Below are positions 1 to 11,317 of a stretch of 64,000 nucleotides of DNA, piece by piece. Each line of letters opens with the position of its first letter. Position 1 is the stretch's first letter. The stretch is taken from NCBI GenBank assembly GCA_964016885.1, contig OZ024741.1:65038001-65102000 (forward strand). The letters run 5' to 3'. The translations under genes and the position numbers were made by a program. Below the pieces are notes generated by a model that searched no databases, was not told where the DNA came from, and worked only from the letters and a program-made list of their open reading frames with translations. The stretch comes from Eledone cirrhosa (lineage: Eukaryota).

Positions 1-1402
1 TCAACCACGGCATCCCCAGCCCTCCGTTAGAAGGGTGTTGGCAGCAGATGGATCTTCTTACCAAAGGAGCCCGTCTCATCCAAAGGAATCGGAAGAGGGC
101 GCGCTCCATTTTGGCGAGCGCTTTGGCTGGACAAGGCACGACGGTCAAGCGGTAGTAGATGGCGGACGCTATAAAAGTGTTCGCCACCTCCGCTCGACCT
201 TTCAAGGATAGTTTGCACTCGGCCCACTTCTGGGTGAGTGCAAACACCTTGGCTGTCACTTCGTTCCAGTTCTTCTCCACCTGGAGGTCCGGACCAAACC
301 AGACCCCGAGCAGCTTTACCGGTCCTTCCGTCCAGCGTCCGACGACGCCATCGGAAGGCATCGGTCTGCCTCTCCATGATCCGAGTTGCAGACCGATGGA
401 CTTGTCCCGGTTCAGCTTCGCTCCTGTGAGACTTTCGTATTCCTTTAGTAAGGTGCCGACTTCCTCGATTTGCGAGGCGCTCGACACCATTACTGTCACG
501 TCGTCGGCGTAGGCCGACGCCGCTTTCCGCAGTCCCGGTTCCAGAGGGATGCCCTGCAATAGCTCCAGCTTCCGCAGTAGTGGCTCGAGAGTCAGTACGT
601 ACAGAAGGGAGGAGAGAGGGCATCCCTGTCGAATGGATCGCGTAATATGGAACGGCTCCGAGAGGTAGCCGTTCACCTTGACCCTTGAGCAGATGTTGCT
701 GTTGTGCATTGCAGCAATCCAGCCCCTGAACACGGGTCCGAAGCCTGCCGCCTCGAGCACCGCATCCAGGTAACGATGGTCAACCCTATCGAAAGCCTTA
801 GATTGATCCAAGTTGATCAGGGCCCCACCGAAGCCGGGTTTACACCCTACCCTCTCTATGATGTATCGCATGAGGTGGAGGTTGTCGTGTATGGACCTGG
901 TCGGGATCGCGCATGTCTGCGCTTCTCCCACCAGGTTCTCGACGACAAGCGCCAGCCTCTTTGCCAACACCTTGGCCAAAATCTGTAACTCTGTGTTTAG
1001 CAGAGTTATGGGCCGGAAGTTGCCTATGTCATCCCCCTTATTCTCGTCCTTCCTGATTAGTGTGACCACGTCCCCGGTTACAGAACTGGGAATTCTCCCG
1101 TTCTGTTGCCAGTTGCAGTAGACCGCTTCCAGGAGACCGGAGAATAAGTCCGGCATTGCTACGTAAAATTCGTATGGTAGACCGTCGAGACCTGGAGATT
1201 TGCGTTTGCCGCAATGGCTCAGCGCGTCCCCTATCTCAGTGGCTGAAATTGGCTTTTCGCAGAATTTCGCCTCACTGTCCGAGAGTCGCGGTAGGCCGTC
1301 GAGGTATGGACCGAAATCCATAGCCTCTCCCGGCGCGCCGCTCCCCCCGAACAGCCGAGCAAAGTGCCGCTGAAAAGCCGCACACATCTGCTTCGGCTCA
1401 CG
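1..1402 (-). mobile_element. Tx1/L1-clade non-LTR retrotransposon, 5'-truncated ORF2 (RT domain), continuing beyond the left window edge
   Basis: Manual minus-strand translation from 1402 stays in one frame to base 2: REPKQMCAAFQRHFARLF...KSPGLDGLPYEFY...NFRPITLLNTELQILAKVLAKRL...LINLDQSKAFDRVDHRYL...RSIRQGCPLSSLLY...AYADDVTV (YADD at 500-511)...LSLKGRAEVANTFIAS...GGLGMPWL. LDQxKAFDRV is typical of Tx1-like elements. Much more GC-rich than the flanks. Absent from the ORF track because it has no stop inside the window. Confidence 0.93.

Positions 1403-1452
<50 letters not shown>
1403..1452. repeat. (TAGA)n-(GA)n compound microsatellite at the Tx1 5' junction
   Basis: Directly visible. Confidence 0.95.
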
Positions 1453-1456
<4 letters not shown>

Positions 1457-1821
1457 CACATGGCTTAGTGGTTAGAGCATTGGGCTTGCAATCGAAAGGT
1501 TGTGAGTTCAATTCTCAGGCCAGGTGATGTGTTGTTTCCTTGAGCAAGACACTATTTCACATTGCTCCAGTTTACTCAGCTGTAGAAATGAGATGATAGG
1601 ACTGGGGTCCCTATCATTGCACTGCAAAGTTTTCGTGGAGGTGCCACGGCAAAAAAGCACCCAGCCCACACTGTAAAGTGGACGTGTAGGCGCAACGGAA
1701 AAAAAGCACCCAGCACTCACTGTAAATGAGGTTGGTGTTAGGAAGGGCATCCAGCTGTAGAAATCAAGCCAGAATCAGTTCCCGCCCCACCCTTGCAAGC
1801 AGGGAAAAAGCGGACGTAAAA
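1453..1821 (+). mobile_element. tRNA-derived SINE family A with RTE-derived 3' tail
   Basis: A box TGGCTTAGTGG, B box GAGTTCAATTC, core CCTTGAGCAAGACAC...TTGCTCCAGTTTACTCAGCTG, tail GTTAGGAAGGGCATCCAGCTGTAGAAA...GCAAGCAGGGAAAAAGCGGACGTAAAA. Near-identical copies at 52693-53084, 23632-23960 and 19192-19516 (-). Confidence 0.9.
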
Positions 1822-1970
1822 TTATATATATATATAATATATTATTGTACATTTCTCGTAAAATATATGTCACATCCATTCCACTCTGTAAATACGAAAC
1901 TGTTGCTCACAACATCAATTTATATCTATCTATATTATTGTTCAGTTGAATAGGAGGTTAATTATATGTG

Positions 1971-2043
1971 CAAACATTGATAATGCTCAGATGACTCCAA
2001 ACGAGAGTTTGGAAGAGACGATTGTCAGCTATTAAATGATTTG
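1971..2043 (+). ncRNA. Degenerate minimal type-I hammerhead ribozyme
   Basis: TAATGCT-CAGATGA-C-TCCAAAC-GAGA-GTTTGGA-A-GAGA-C-GATT-G-TC-AGCTATTA. All three stems are present, with two core substitutions (CUGA>CAGA, GAAA>GAGA). Confidence 0.6.
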
Positions 2044-2268
2044 AACACAACTTTGATAATTGTATAATGTATTTATTATATATATATATATATATATATA
2101 TAGTTGAAAAGAACAAACAAAACGCAGGAGGCAATTGTGCACAGTTGTATTAGGAGTCCCGGGTTCAATCAGGGGTAACCACAGTAAGTAAGGTACTCAA
2201 TACACAGTAGAGTATATGCATCTTATATATATATAAGAACAAATCGAGGTTTCACATTAAGGTCTTTA

Positions 2269-2373
2269 TTGATTATGCACAGTTACGACCATTTCACAGA
2301 TAGGTGGTTCAGGATCTATATAAATCTATAGACCCGACTCCAGCTCGATCTACTCATCAGACTTGTTGATCAA
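2269..2373 (-). ncRNA. Minimal type-I hammerhead ribozyme in a Penelope-like terminal fragment
   Basis: Minus strand: ...AAGT-CTGATGA-GTAGAT...(GGGTCTATA/TATAGATCC inner stem)...ATCTGT-GAAA-T-GGTC-G-TA-ACT...AATCAATAAA. The core is intact and AATAAA follows. Confidence 0.7.
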
Positions 2374-3291
2374 GCTAAACCAAAATCTCATGATTGCATC
2401 CCGTTCCAAATGTTGTACACACACACACACATAACGGCTATTGACCAATCATTGCGCATACCGAGAGACAGTCACAAATACACACACATACATACAGATG
2501 CATACATACACTCACACCATCTGAAGCAAACGTGGAAGATATGCATTCTGAGTAGAGTTTCTGTGTCCTGTTAGTTTCCTTCAGATGGTGAGCTGTGTTT
2601 ATCTGTGTACAGTGTATGTGTGTATAATATGTATGTATATGCAAGTATGTAAAATGTGAGCAGTGTATGTGGGAATATATATATATATGTATGCGTGTGT
2701 GTGTAGTGTGAGGATATATATGTAAGTACATGTACATAGTGTGTGTGGGTGTCTGTAAGGAAGCATTAGTGATGTAAGTTTTCCCTAGAGAGAAGCATGT
2801 AAAGAACTCTGGGAGGAGTGAAGAATTTAATTAATTCCTGGTTGTAGCTATTTATAAGTTGTAAATAAATCACGAACATCACAGGTTCCATATTACTTGC
2901 ATATAATTGCAGCTTTCTGCAGCAGAGATTACTCCGCTCATTCTCCAAGATAAGACAGTCTATCACAGGGAAATATGCCAGAAAGTCTGGGACTGTACCT
3001 ATTTCCGACAACTATTTGCAACAAAGACTTGGAAAGTGATGGGTACTGCCAGGTTTAAAATACCCCAGACACGCCGTATGTAAGGACGGCTTTCCTACTA
3101 ATCCATTGGGAGTTTAGAGCTTCTTTCTATACGCAATAAAACATTAAACTAAAAGATTTTCCAGAAATTTCTAGAACCTATACTTTTATGTTTTAGACAA
3201 TCCCAACCATCGTAATTTTAATAAAATATTAAATGGAAGGAAAATTGTTTTAGAGAAAGAATACACATTATATATATATATATATATATAT

Positions 3292-3636
3292 AAGAGAGAT
3301 ATTTAATTTGTGGGAAATCCAACAAATATAGATGTTTACAACTGATTCAAAGCACTCGACAGATTTCTGGAGTAAGTATTCAATTGATATTAAATAAATG
3401 GAAACTATATTTATAAAACCATATTTATTCTATTATATATATTTCAAGGGTACCAAAAATTTTGGTACGCTATCATCAGATAAAATACAAAATGTTTTAT
3501 AAATATTTGACATGACTTTCCAGGATAACTTGAACCGTTAAGGTATATCATCCTTGGTCATGTCAAATATTTATAAAACATTTTGTATTTTATCTGATGA
3601 TAGCGTACCAAAATTTCTCATTTATTTAATATCAAT

Positions 3637-3638
<2 letters not shown>
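3292..3638 (-). mobile_element. Fold-back Penelope-like terminal fragment between (TA)n tracts
   Basis: Perfect 60-bp inverted arms 3457-3516/3557-3616, plus outer 20-bp arms 3381-3400/3619-3638. Contains a hammerhead. Confidence 0.75.
3407..3506 (-). ncRNA. Minimal type-I hammerhead ribozyme
   Basis: Minus strand: ATATTTATAAAAC-ATTTTG-TATTTTAT-CTGATGA-TAGCGTACCAAAA-T-TTTTGGTACCCTT-GAAA-T-ATAT-A-TA-ATAGAATA-AATATG-GTTTTATAAATAT. Stem I is 8+13 bp, loop III is the palindrome AUAU, triplet AUA. Confidence 0.85.
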
Positions 3639-3678
<40 letters not shown>

Positions 3679-3741
3679 GTTAGCAATATACTTAAAAAAG
3701 ATTGCTAAAAAAATCTAATTCAGAAAAGCATATATATATAT

Positions 3742-3884
3742 AGAACATTTTACACAAAAATACAGAATCACCAGTAATCTAAAATAAGAAAAACTTTACC
3801 CCTAGAGTAAGATGTTTGTGAAGTTTTTCTTATTTTAGATTACTTTACCCGTTGGTAATTCTGTATTTTTGTGTAAAATGTTCT
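3742..3884. repeat. Nested inverted repeat (fold-back) in microsatellite
   Basis: Outer arms AGAACATTTTACACAAAAATACAGAAT(C/T)ACCA and inner arms GTAATCTAAAATAAGAAAAACTT. No ribozyme core seen. Confidence 0.85.
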
Positions 3885-3891
3885 CTCTCTT

Positions 3892-3962
<71 letters not shown>

Positions 3963-4333
3963 CACCATCATTTAACGCCCTGTCTGCCTTGCTTGCAAGG
4001 GTTAGATAGACTGAATTAATATTCAAGTGGAGTTTCTGACCTTTCAAATGGCCCGAGGTCTGCATCTCCCTGACATACGTTCCTACGCTTTACCAAATGC
4101 TCAGAGAGACCAGAAGTCCACATCTCGCTTATACACGTTAACGCGTTCTACCAAGCGGATTAGTTTTAGTTTTGTAACATTTTCCAAATCTCTCTTTGGT
4201 TCCAACAGCATGCCATTGCAGGTAACAACTTATTACACCACAAGTTTATTATGTTTATAATTACTACAGCTAGGTGAAGTGAGGCAAAGAGAATTATGTT
4301 GTCCAATATGTCAAACTGGCAAAAGCGTTGGAA

Positions 4334-4637
4334 CAGAGGTTCTGAAAGTGGGCGGTACCGCCCCTCGGAGGAGAGGGGGTCCAGGGGGCACTGGGGCCTA
4401 AGGGGGCGGTAGAGATGAAATAGTATATTAAATATCAAATGATACATATATATATATATATATATATATAGTAAAATGAAAAATATATAATATTTATTTA
4501 AACATAGTGTTATATTATTTATTATATATTATTTACAATTTGCGTGTAGGCAGGTCTCTCTGAAAATAGGGGTGGGGCGCTGAGGGTATTACGTGGCCGT
4601 GAGGGGGGCGGTGACCCAAAAAGTTTGAGAACTTCTG
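4334..4637. mobile_element. hAT (Charlie-like) MITE
   Basis: Termini CAGAGGTTCTGAAA / TTTGAGAACTTCTG; degenerate 8-bp TSD cgttggaa/cattagaa. Confidence 0.7.
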
Positions 4638-4792
4638 CATTAGAACATGGGATAGAATGTTTGGTGGTATTCATTCTGGTTCTCTTCGCTCTGAGCCTAA
4701 GTTCCGCTGAGCTCAACTTTGCCTTTTATCTTTTTGAAGTCGTTAAGTAAAGTACCAATCAAATACTGAGGTCGATTCTTCCTCTATATAAA

Positions 4793-5075
4793 CAGTGCAT
4801 CCCCGGCATTCGTGGTACCGGTTATTCGCGGAATCTTCCTTAGAACGTAACTAATAGCTGTTCGTAGAATCGTAAATATCTTTCGCGATTTTTTAATGCC
4901 ATTTTTTCGTGGCAATATATATTTTTCCACGCTAAATTATTAATAAACAATATATCAATATAACGTATTAGCCGGGCTATATTTTACGTTGTTTTGACGT
5001 ATAGGCATTTTTATGGACCACGTTCAATATTCGCAGGTGCTCTAAGACCGTAACCCCCCCGCGAATACCGGGGGC

Positions 5076-5080
<5 letters not shown>
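4793..5080. mobile_element. pogo/Tigger-like MITE
   Basis: Imperfect TIRs CAGTGCATCCCCGGCATTCGTGG / CCGCGAATACCGGGGGCAACTA in a TA context. Confidence 0.6.
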
Positions 5081-5137
<57 letters not shown>

Positions 5138-5633
5138 AGCTAGTTAGTTCCACAACAAATTAACATATATGAATATATATAAACTATGATGAATGGCTGA
5201 ACTAACTTGCAGTGTTTTCGATCTTGTACGTTTTAAGTTCAAATCTCCTTGTGCATTTGTAGTGTGTGTTTGTGTGACCTAGATGAAAATGTCTTTTGTC
5301 AGAATAACGTATTTTAACAAATGGTCTCTTGAATGTAAGTCTAGTGGCTTAGATTGGACTGCTTTTCAAACCTGAATGAATCTTTGTATAAGGTGGATGA
5401 AGTGTGTTTAGTCAAAAATTGATAAGGACAGTGTCTTAATTTGTCTGTTTGTTTTTCTATCACTCTAACAAACGCTTCCCCCTCTCTTTCTATCTATCAT
5501 ACGTACTCTTTCTCTGTCTCTTTCCCCCACTTTCTTGTAATGTATATATACAGCGTGTCCCCAAAAGATGTATACACACTTCAACAGCATTCTAATAAAT
5601 ATATGTATGCATTTTTGGGAGACAGCCTGTATG

Positions 5634-5670
<37 letters not shown>

Positions 5671-6277
5671 AAAAGCGGACGTAAAATGATGATGATATAT
5701 ATATATAAGCAACCAACTGCAACTTTTAAGTCATTGCCACTTTTCTACTTGAAAAAAAAAAGATCTCTACACTCTACCCACTAGTATTTAGTACTCATTC
5801 AGTTAATGTTTTAATGTTTTTAAATACTATATTTTTAGCATATATTCTATTATCTATCTATCTACCTATCTATCTTGCCACCACATGCATTTTCACACTC
5901 ACGTTGTCATGCATACTCTTTCTTGTCTCTCTTCCCCCCTCTCTATCTATCATATACATTTTCACACACATTCTCCCTTTATTACACATGTTCTTCTCTC
6001 TCTGTGTCAACCTCCCTGTCTCTCTCTCTCACTCACTTGTACATGTCTCTACTTGTATATCCTACTCCTCTAAAGCAGGATTGTTTTTCATTGAACTGAG
6101 TTGTTTGATTGATAAATGTCCGTGAAGTCACAACATGTAGATACTAGAACATGAATGTGTGTGTGTGTGTAAACAAAGAAACAACCATTTTATGAAGCAT
6201 TATGTATGTGTATGTGTGTGCGTGCGCAAAAAAAGAAAAAGAAAACAACACTATCTGCATATTCTGTCATACGACAT

Positions 6278-6502
6278 GGTTAACAGTAAGTTATTAATAT
6301 TAATGTAGATAGTTAACAGTATGTTATTAATATTAATAGATAGTTAACAGTAAGTTATTAACATTAATATATATAGTTGACAGTAAGTTATTGATATCAA
6401 TATAGATAGTTAACAGTATATTATTGATATTAATATATATAGTTAACAGTATGTTATTAATATTAATATAGATAGTTAACAGTGAGTTATTGATATTAAT
6501 AT
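6278..6502. repeat. AT-rich minisatellite, ~31-33 bp unit, ~7 copies
   Basis: Repeated ATAGATAGTTAACAGTA(A/T)GTTATTAATATTA. Confidence 0.9.
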
Positions 6503-6641
6503 AAGAGAGAAACCAGGCGAGACGAGTAGACTAAAACTAAGATTGCAATATCATCTTTTAATGAAAGAACAAGGTTGCTAATAATATTATATACTGTATT
6601 CACCACCACCACTACCTCCACCACTACCACCATAATAATAA

Positions 6642-6850
6642 TAGTTTCTACATTAAGCACAAGGCCAGTAATTTTTGGGAGGAAGGGAAAGTCGATTAAA
6701 TCGACCCCAGTGCATCACTGGTACTTTATTTTATCAACCCCGTAAGGATGAAAAGCAAAGCTAACCTAGGCGGGATTTGAACTCAGAACGTTTGAATGTC
6801 GTAACTAAATACCACAAAACATGTTATCCGGCACTCTACCGATTCTACCA
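6642..6850 (-). mobile_element. SINE family B (Nin/Deu-domain-like core)
   Basis: Reverse complement of the family seen at 14361-14552. Confidence 0.75.
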
Positions 6851-7229
6851 CCATCACTATTACTACTACTAGTACTACTAAAAGTGGGGGAGGGACACAC
6901 ATATCGGATGATATAATCCTAGAGATGCAAAAAAAGATATGATGGTCATCGCTGAATGCCTTTGATCATAATTCTGCTCAACCAAGACTGACCTGGGGTT
7001 AAACAAAGAACAAGAACCACAACATTACTATCACCTCTGCCACTGCGCCATCACCACAACCGCCACCCCCTTACTCTTACAACCACACGTTAAATAATAT
7101 TATGAGAAACGCAACAGGCTGTGATTGCCCCCCACCCCCACACTCACACACACACACACCAACATGTCAATGCTGCAACACCTCAGCCAATCCAATAAAG
7201 CAGTACATGGCTGAGAGGACACACTTCAT

Positions 7230-7416
7230 TGGTGGATTGGCAGCGTCGGTAGAGGGTCGGACGCCATACTTTGACGTATGGAGTTACGGCCCTTGCCATT
7301 CTGAGTTCAAATCCCGCCGAGGTTAACTTTGCCTTTCATCCTTACGGGGTCGATAAAATAAAGTACCAGTAATGCACTGGGTGATTGCTGGCCTTGTGCC
7401 AAAAGCAGAAACAATT
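7230..7416 (+). mobile_element. SINE family B copy
   Basis: Nearly identical to 14361-14552, with B box GAGTTCAAATC and core CCGAGGTTAACTTTGCCTTTCATCCTTACGGGGTCGATAAAATAAAGTACCAG. Confidence 0.85.
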
Positions 7417-8631
7417 ATGTATGATCATATATCTGGAATAATATGAGATGAGTGGATCACACGTAGTCATAAACCTGACTATCTCCTTGTCATAGGTTGT
7501 TTGCATGACCACAAATTCCATTCCATACAATTAAATAAAATCACACACATATATATAATATACATACAAACACACATAGATACATTCATATATATACACG
7601 CACATACAAAGTCGGGACCATAGCATCCATAAGAGACTTTGAGCTAATCATCTGTGAAATTTCATCGCTTCCGCATGGCTAAGGCATTTGGGAGAGCACA
7701 GAACAAAGACAACGGGAAAATGGACAGTCCTATCTCCTCAGCCAACCCCTGGAAATCACTACAGTTTTAAAGCTTTAAGGCTGTAGTAATTTCCAGGGGT
7801 TGACTGAATAGATGAGACTCCCGTTATCTTTGTCCTAGGTGTCTCTACCCCCATGTTTTGGAACACACACACGCGAGGGTTGGCTCGTGAAATCTTGCAT
7901 GCATTAATTTCAACTCTTCTTATTAATAACTGCATTGTTTCTTTCCAGAGACTATGTTGAAAAGTAAACCTCATTCCATGAGTATCTTGGTTAGCCTATG
8001 AAATTTTCAACCGACCCTCGCGCGCGCGCCGTGTGTGTGTGTGTGTGTGTACAGGGCGTTCCCAAAAAAAGGTATACTCACTTTGATTGCCTGTACAAGC
8101 AATATTTATTGGAATGCTGTTGAAGTATGTATAGATTTTTTAGGACACTCTCTCTCTCTGTCTGTGTGTGTGTGTGCATGTGTGCGTGTGTGTTATGAAT
8201 CTCTCGATGTCGTTTCTGCAGTTGTTTTATCTGGAATATCCTGGTCAACATGCAATGTTTCAGAGAGGCAATTAATTAATTATTCGATTTTGAGGAGGCT
8301 ATATACAGAATGCAAAGAAAATGTGTGAACCTCATGCAACAAATATTAATAACACAGTCACATTATAAGTGCACACATCAGTGTCAAATCAATAAAGTTC
8401 GCTTTGCAATCAAGTCCCTAGTTCATCTTGGGCAAGTGTATATTTACCATAGCCTCCAGCCAACACACGTCTTGTGAATGAAATTGGGTAGATGGAAACT
8501 AATATGTTTACTTATATGTATACAGGCTGTCCCAAAAACATGTATGCACACTTCAACAGCATTCTAATAAATATTGCCAGTATACATTTTGGGGGGACAC
8601 CCTGTATGTGTGTGTGTGTGTGAGAGAGAGA

Positions 8632-8815
8632 ATCCCGGGTTCAATCGGGAGTAACCACAGTAAGTAAGGTACTCAATACATTAATAGAGTGTATACATCA
8701 AATTAATATAGATATGACTTCTACAGGACTAGTATTGTTTCATTCGAAAAAAAATCATCGGGAAAGTCCATGATGATTTCCTTCAAATGAAACAGTTCTA
8801 GTCCTGTAGAACCCA
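8632..8815 (-). mobile_element. Palindromic hammerhead-bearing mini-element (same family as 31751-31955 and 50179-50385)
   Basis: Tail CCCGGGTTCAATC...GTAACCACAGTAAGTAAGGTACTC, then fold-back TTCTACAGGACTAG..TGTTTCATT / AATGAAACAGTTCTAGTCCTGTAGAA. Ribozyme cores are mutated. A tail-only copy is at 2157-2220. Confidence 0.75.
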
Positions 8816-9646
8816 TTACTCTCTTTCTCTATCTCAAATATATGTGTGTATGTGTATCCCGGTTTCTAGAATAGGCACACTAAGAAGAAGCAACCAAGAC
8901 AATTAGCGTCAAGAAGGGCATGCAGTAGTAAAGCATTGTCTCAAAATATCTTGTCCAACCCATGCCAGCATGTAAAAATGATGACAATGACGATGATGAT
9001 AGATACATATACACACTCATCATACAAACTACACTACATATATACACTGTACAACACACAACTACATGCCTTCCCAAAGGCATGCTCAATTCTGACTGAT
9101 CCTGGAGCTAAAGAGCAACACCCTCAACATTACTTCTGTCAACACTATCTCTAACTACCTCTATTACTATCATCGCTTCCACTAAAATATCCCCCTCCCT
9201 TACCATGTTTACTCCTAGACACTAACACAACTGTATAAAATAGTAGAAACTATGAAATACTTTTTACTACATTTTCTTGCTGCCTCCCCACCCCGCCGGC
9301 CAGTATTTTCTCATGAATTGCTTCATTCATAGAAATGTTTACATTAATGTCAAGTATTATTTTTCTGTGTGTATCTTGGCTGTAGAATATATACAGCATG
9401 CCCCTGTGTTGTAAGACAGGAATAAAATGGTTGCACATTCAACTGTGAAATGTGACCTTGGGAAACCTGTCTAAAACCATGCCAGCATGAAAAAGCAGAT
9501 GATGATAAATTAACTACTGAAATTTTAATGTAAAGAATATTAAGAAACAGACCCCTCTCTCTCCACTCCTTCCCATTTTTTCTCATTTTTTCTTTCTTGT
9601 TTTTCTTGTTTTTCTCTTCCTGTTTATCATGTGAAATATATATCTC

Positions 9647-10424
9647 ATCATCATCATCATCATCACCGTTTTACGTCCGTTCTTCCACGCTAGCATGGGT
9701 TAGACGGGTTGTCCTGTTGTGGGCAGTGTCTGGTCGGCTGACCATGCCTTGCTCATACAGGAACTGATCTGGCTTGATTTCTACAGCTGGATGCCCTTCC
9801 TAACACCAACCTCATTTACAGTGAGTGCTGGGTGCTTTTTCGTGGCGCCTACACGTCCACTTTACAGTGTGGGCTGGGTGCTTTTTTGCCGTGGCACCTC
9901 CACGACCACCTTGCGGTGGGGGGAGTGGGGGCATATTGTTTATATGCTTCAGCATGTACCCATGGGAGGTCGGGTACTCTGTATTACTGCGTGACGCCAG
10001 AAGTCACGGTCGTGTGTCATTGTCTTTGAGAGGTATAGTTGGGTAAGGTCGGCTTTTATCACCTCATCCCAAGTCATCTTGGGTCTCCCCACTCCGCGGT
10101 TTCCATCAACTTCTAGTGCTCTGCACCTTTTTATGCAGCTGTCATCCTTCATACGCATCACATGTCCATACCAGCGTAACCGCCTCTCCTGCACGCAGCA
10201 TTTGATTCCTCTTATGCTCAGTCTCTCTCTCAATTCATTTATGCTTTGTCGTTCACGTATATTACTGTTACACATCCATCGGAGCATGCAGGCTTTGTTT
10301 CTCTCTAATCTACGTAAGTCTTCCACCTTCAGCGCCCAGGTCTCACTACCATGCAACATCGCTGTTCGGATACACGCATCATACAGTCTGCCTTTCATTC
10401 TGAGGGAGAAGCCTTTTGCAGCTA
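9647..10424 (-). mobile_element. 5'-truncated RTE LINE (ORF C-terminus plus 3' UTR, (ATG)n tail)
   Basis: ORF 9949-10398 (KGRLYDACIRTAMLHGSETW...RRLRWYGHVMR...GRPKMTW) is closely similar to the C-terminus of 42710-44029. Confidence 0.93.
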
Positions 10425-10903
10425 AATATATTATTATTCAGCAGTAGTTCATTGACAAAACCTGTCGTCCTTGTCCACTAATTCTTTAAAAAAATATACT
10501 TTACTTCAGAATGAATGCAAAATATGAACTTGAGAGACTTGTTAACTAGAAAGTACTCTTAACTGTATACTAGCTAGCATAATTTGCTTTGAGATGTTTG
10601 GTGAATTTCAGAGAGATTTGCTGTTACTCAGCAACAACAAAAAGCCACAGGGAATACTTATTAATCCAGAGGGAATATTCTAATAGATGTGTAAATAGTA
10701 CTTCATTTACATGTTTAGCAGAAATCAGATGGAGACAGAAGTACAGAAAGACTAAAAGACAATAAAATGTTGTAGTTTGCTTGAAGCATTGTATATGATA
10801 TATAATGTGGAAAGAGATATTAGGCTAAACAATGCAAATGTTTAGCCTAATGATGGGGTAACGAAAAAGTAAGTTACCTGGTACTCTCTCTCACACACAC
10901 ATA

Positions 10904-11084
10904 CAGCGTCGGATTTAATGAGGGGGGGGGGGGATAAAAGGGGCAATTGCCCTGGGCCCCGGATGGTTAGAATTTTTTAATTTAATACCTGTATGTAGTA
11001 TAACTTTTCAATTCCAATTACTTGCGCCAAGCTAACTTTTATATGTAAAAATGAGGAGTCCCACAAGGTCTAAATCCAAACATG
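10904..11084. mobile_element. hAT-like MITE
   Basis: Termini CAGCGTCGGATTTA / TAAATCCAAACATG, subterminal GGGGCAATTGCCCTGGGCCCC, degenerate 8-bp TSD cacacata/cacgcaaa. Confidence 0.5.
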
Positions 11085-11100
11085 CACGCAAACATACATA

Positions 11101-11317
11101 CGAGGGGTTGCTGAAAAGTTCCTGGCTTTGGGTAAAAGAAAATACAAGAGGATCAGTTAACTATGATTTTATTCAACATATTCCCCTCTCAGATTCACAC
11201 ACTTATTGCAGCGGCCCTTCAGTTCTTCTAAGCCCTGTAAAAAGAACTCAGAAGGTTGGGTCTCCAACCAGGCCTCAGTAGCAGCAATCAAGTCAGAAAC
11301 TTCTCAGCACCCCCTCG
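11101..11317. mobile_element. mariner-derived MITE
   Basis: TA-flanked TIRs CGAGGGGTTGCTGAAAAGTTCCTGGCTT / AAGTCAGAAACTTCTCAGCACCCCCTCG. Confidence 0.85.

Noticed and set aside
27-1121. Listed ORFs 27-623, 159-512, 704-988 and 813-1121 as genes
   Set aside because: They are alternative-frame or antisense shadows of the GC-rich Tx1 ORF2.
1453-1525. tRNA gene
   Set aside because: A/B boxes run straight into a repeated SINE body in several copies, so this is a SINE head.
2766-3240. Possible host exon or coding fragment
   Set aside because: No recognisable protein motif in the frames read, and no supportable splice boundaries.
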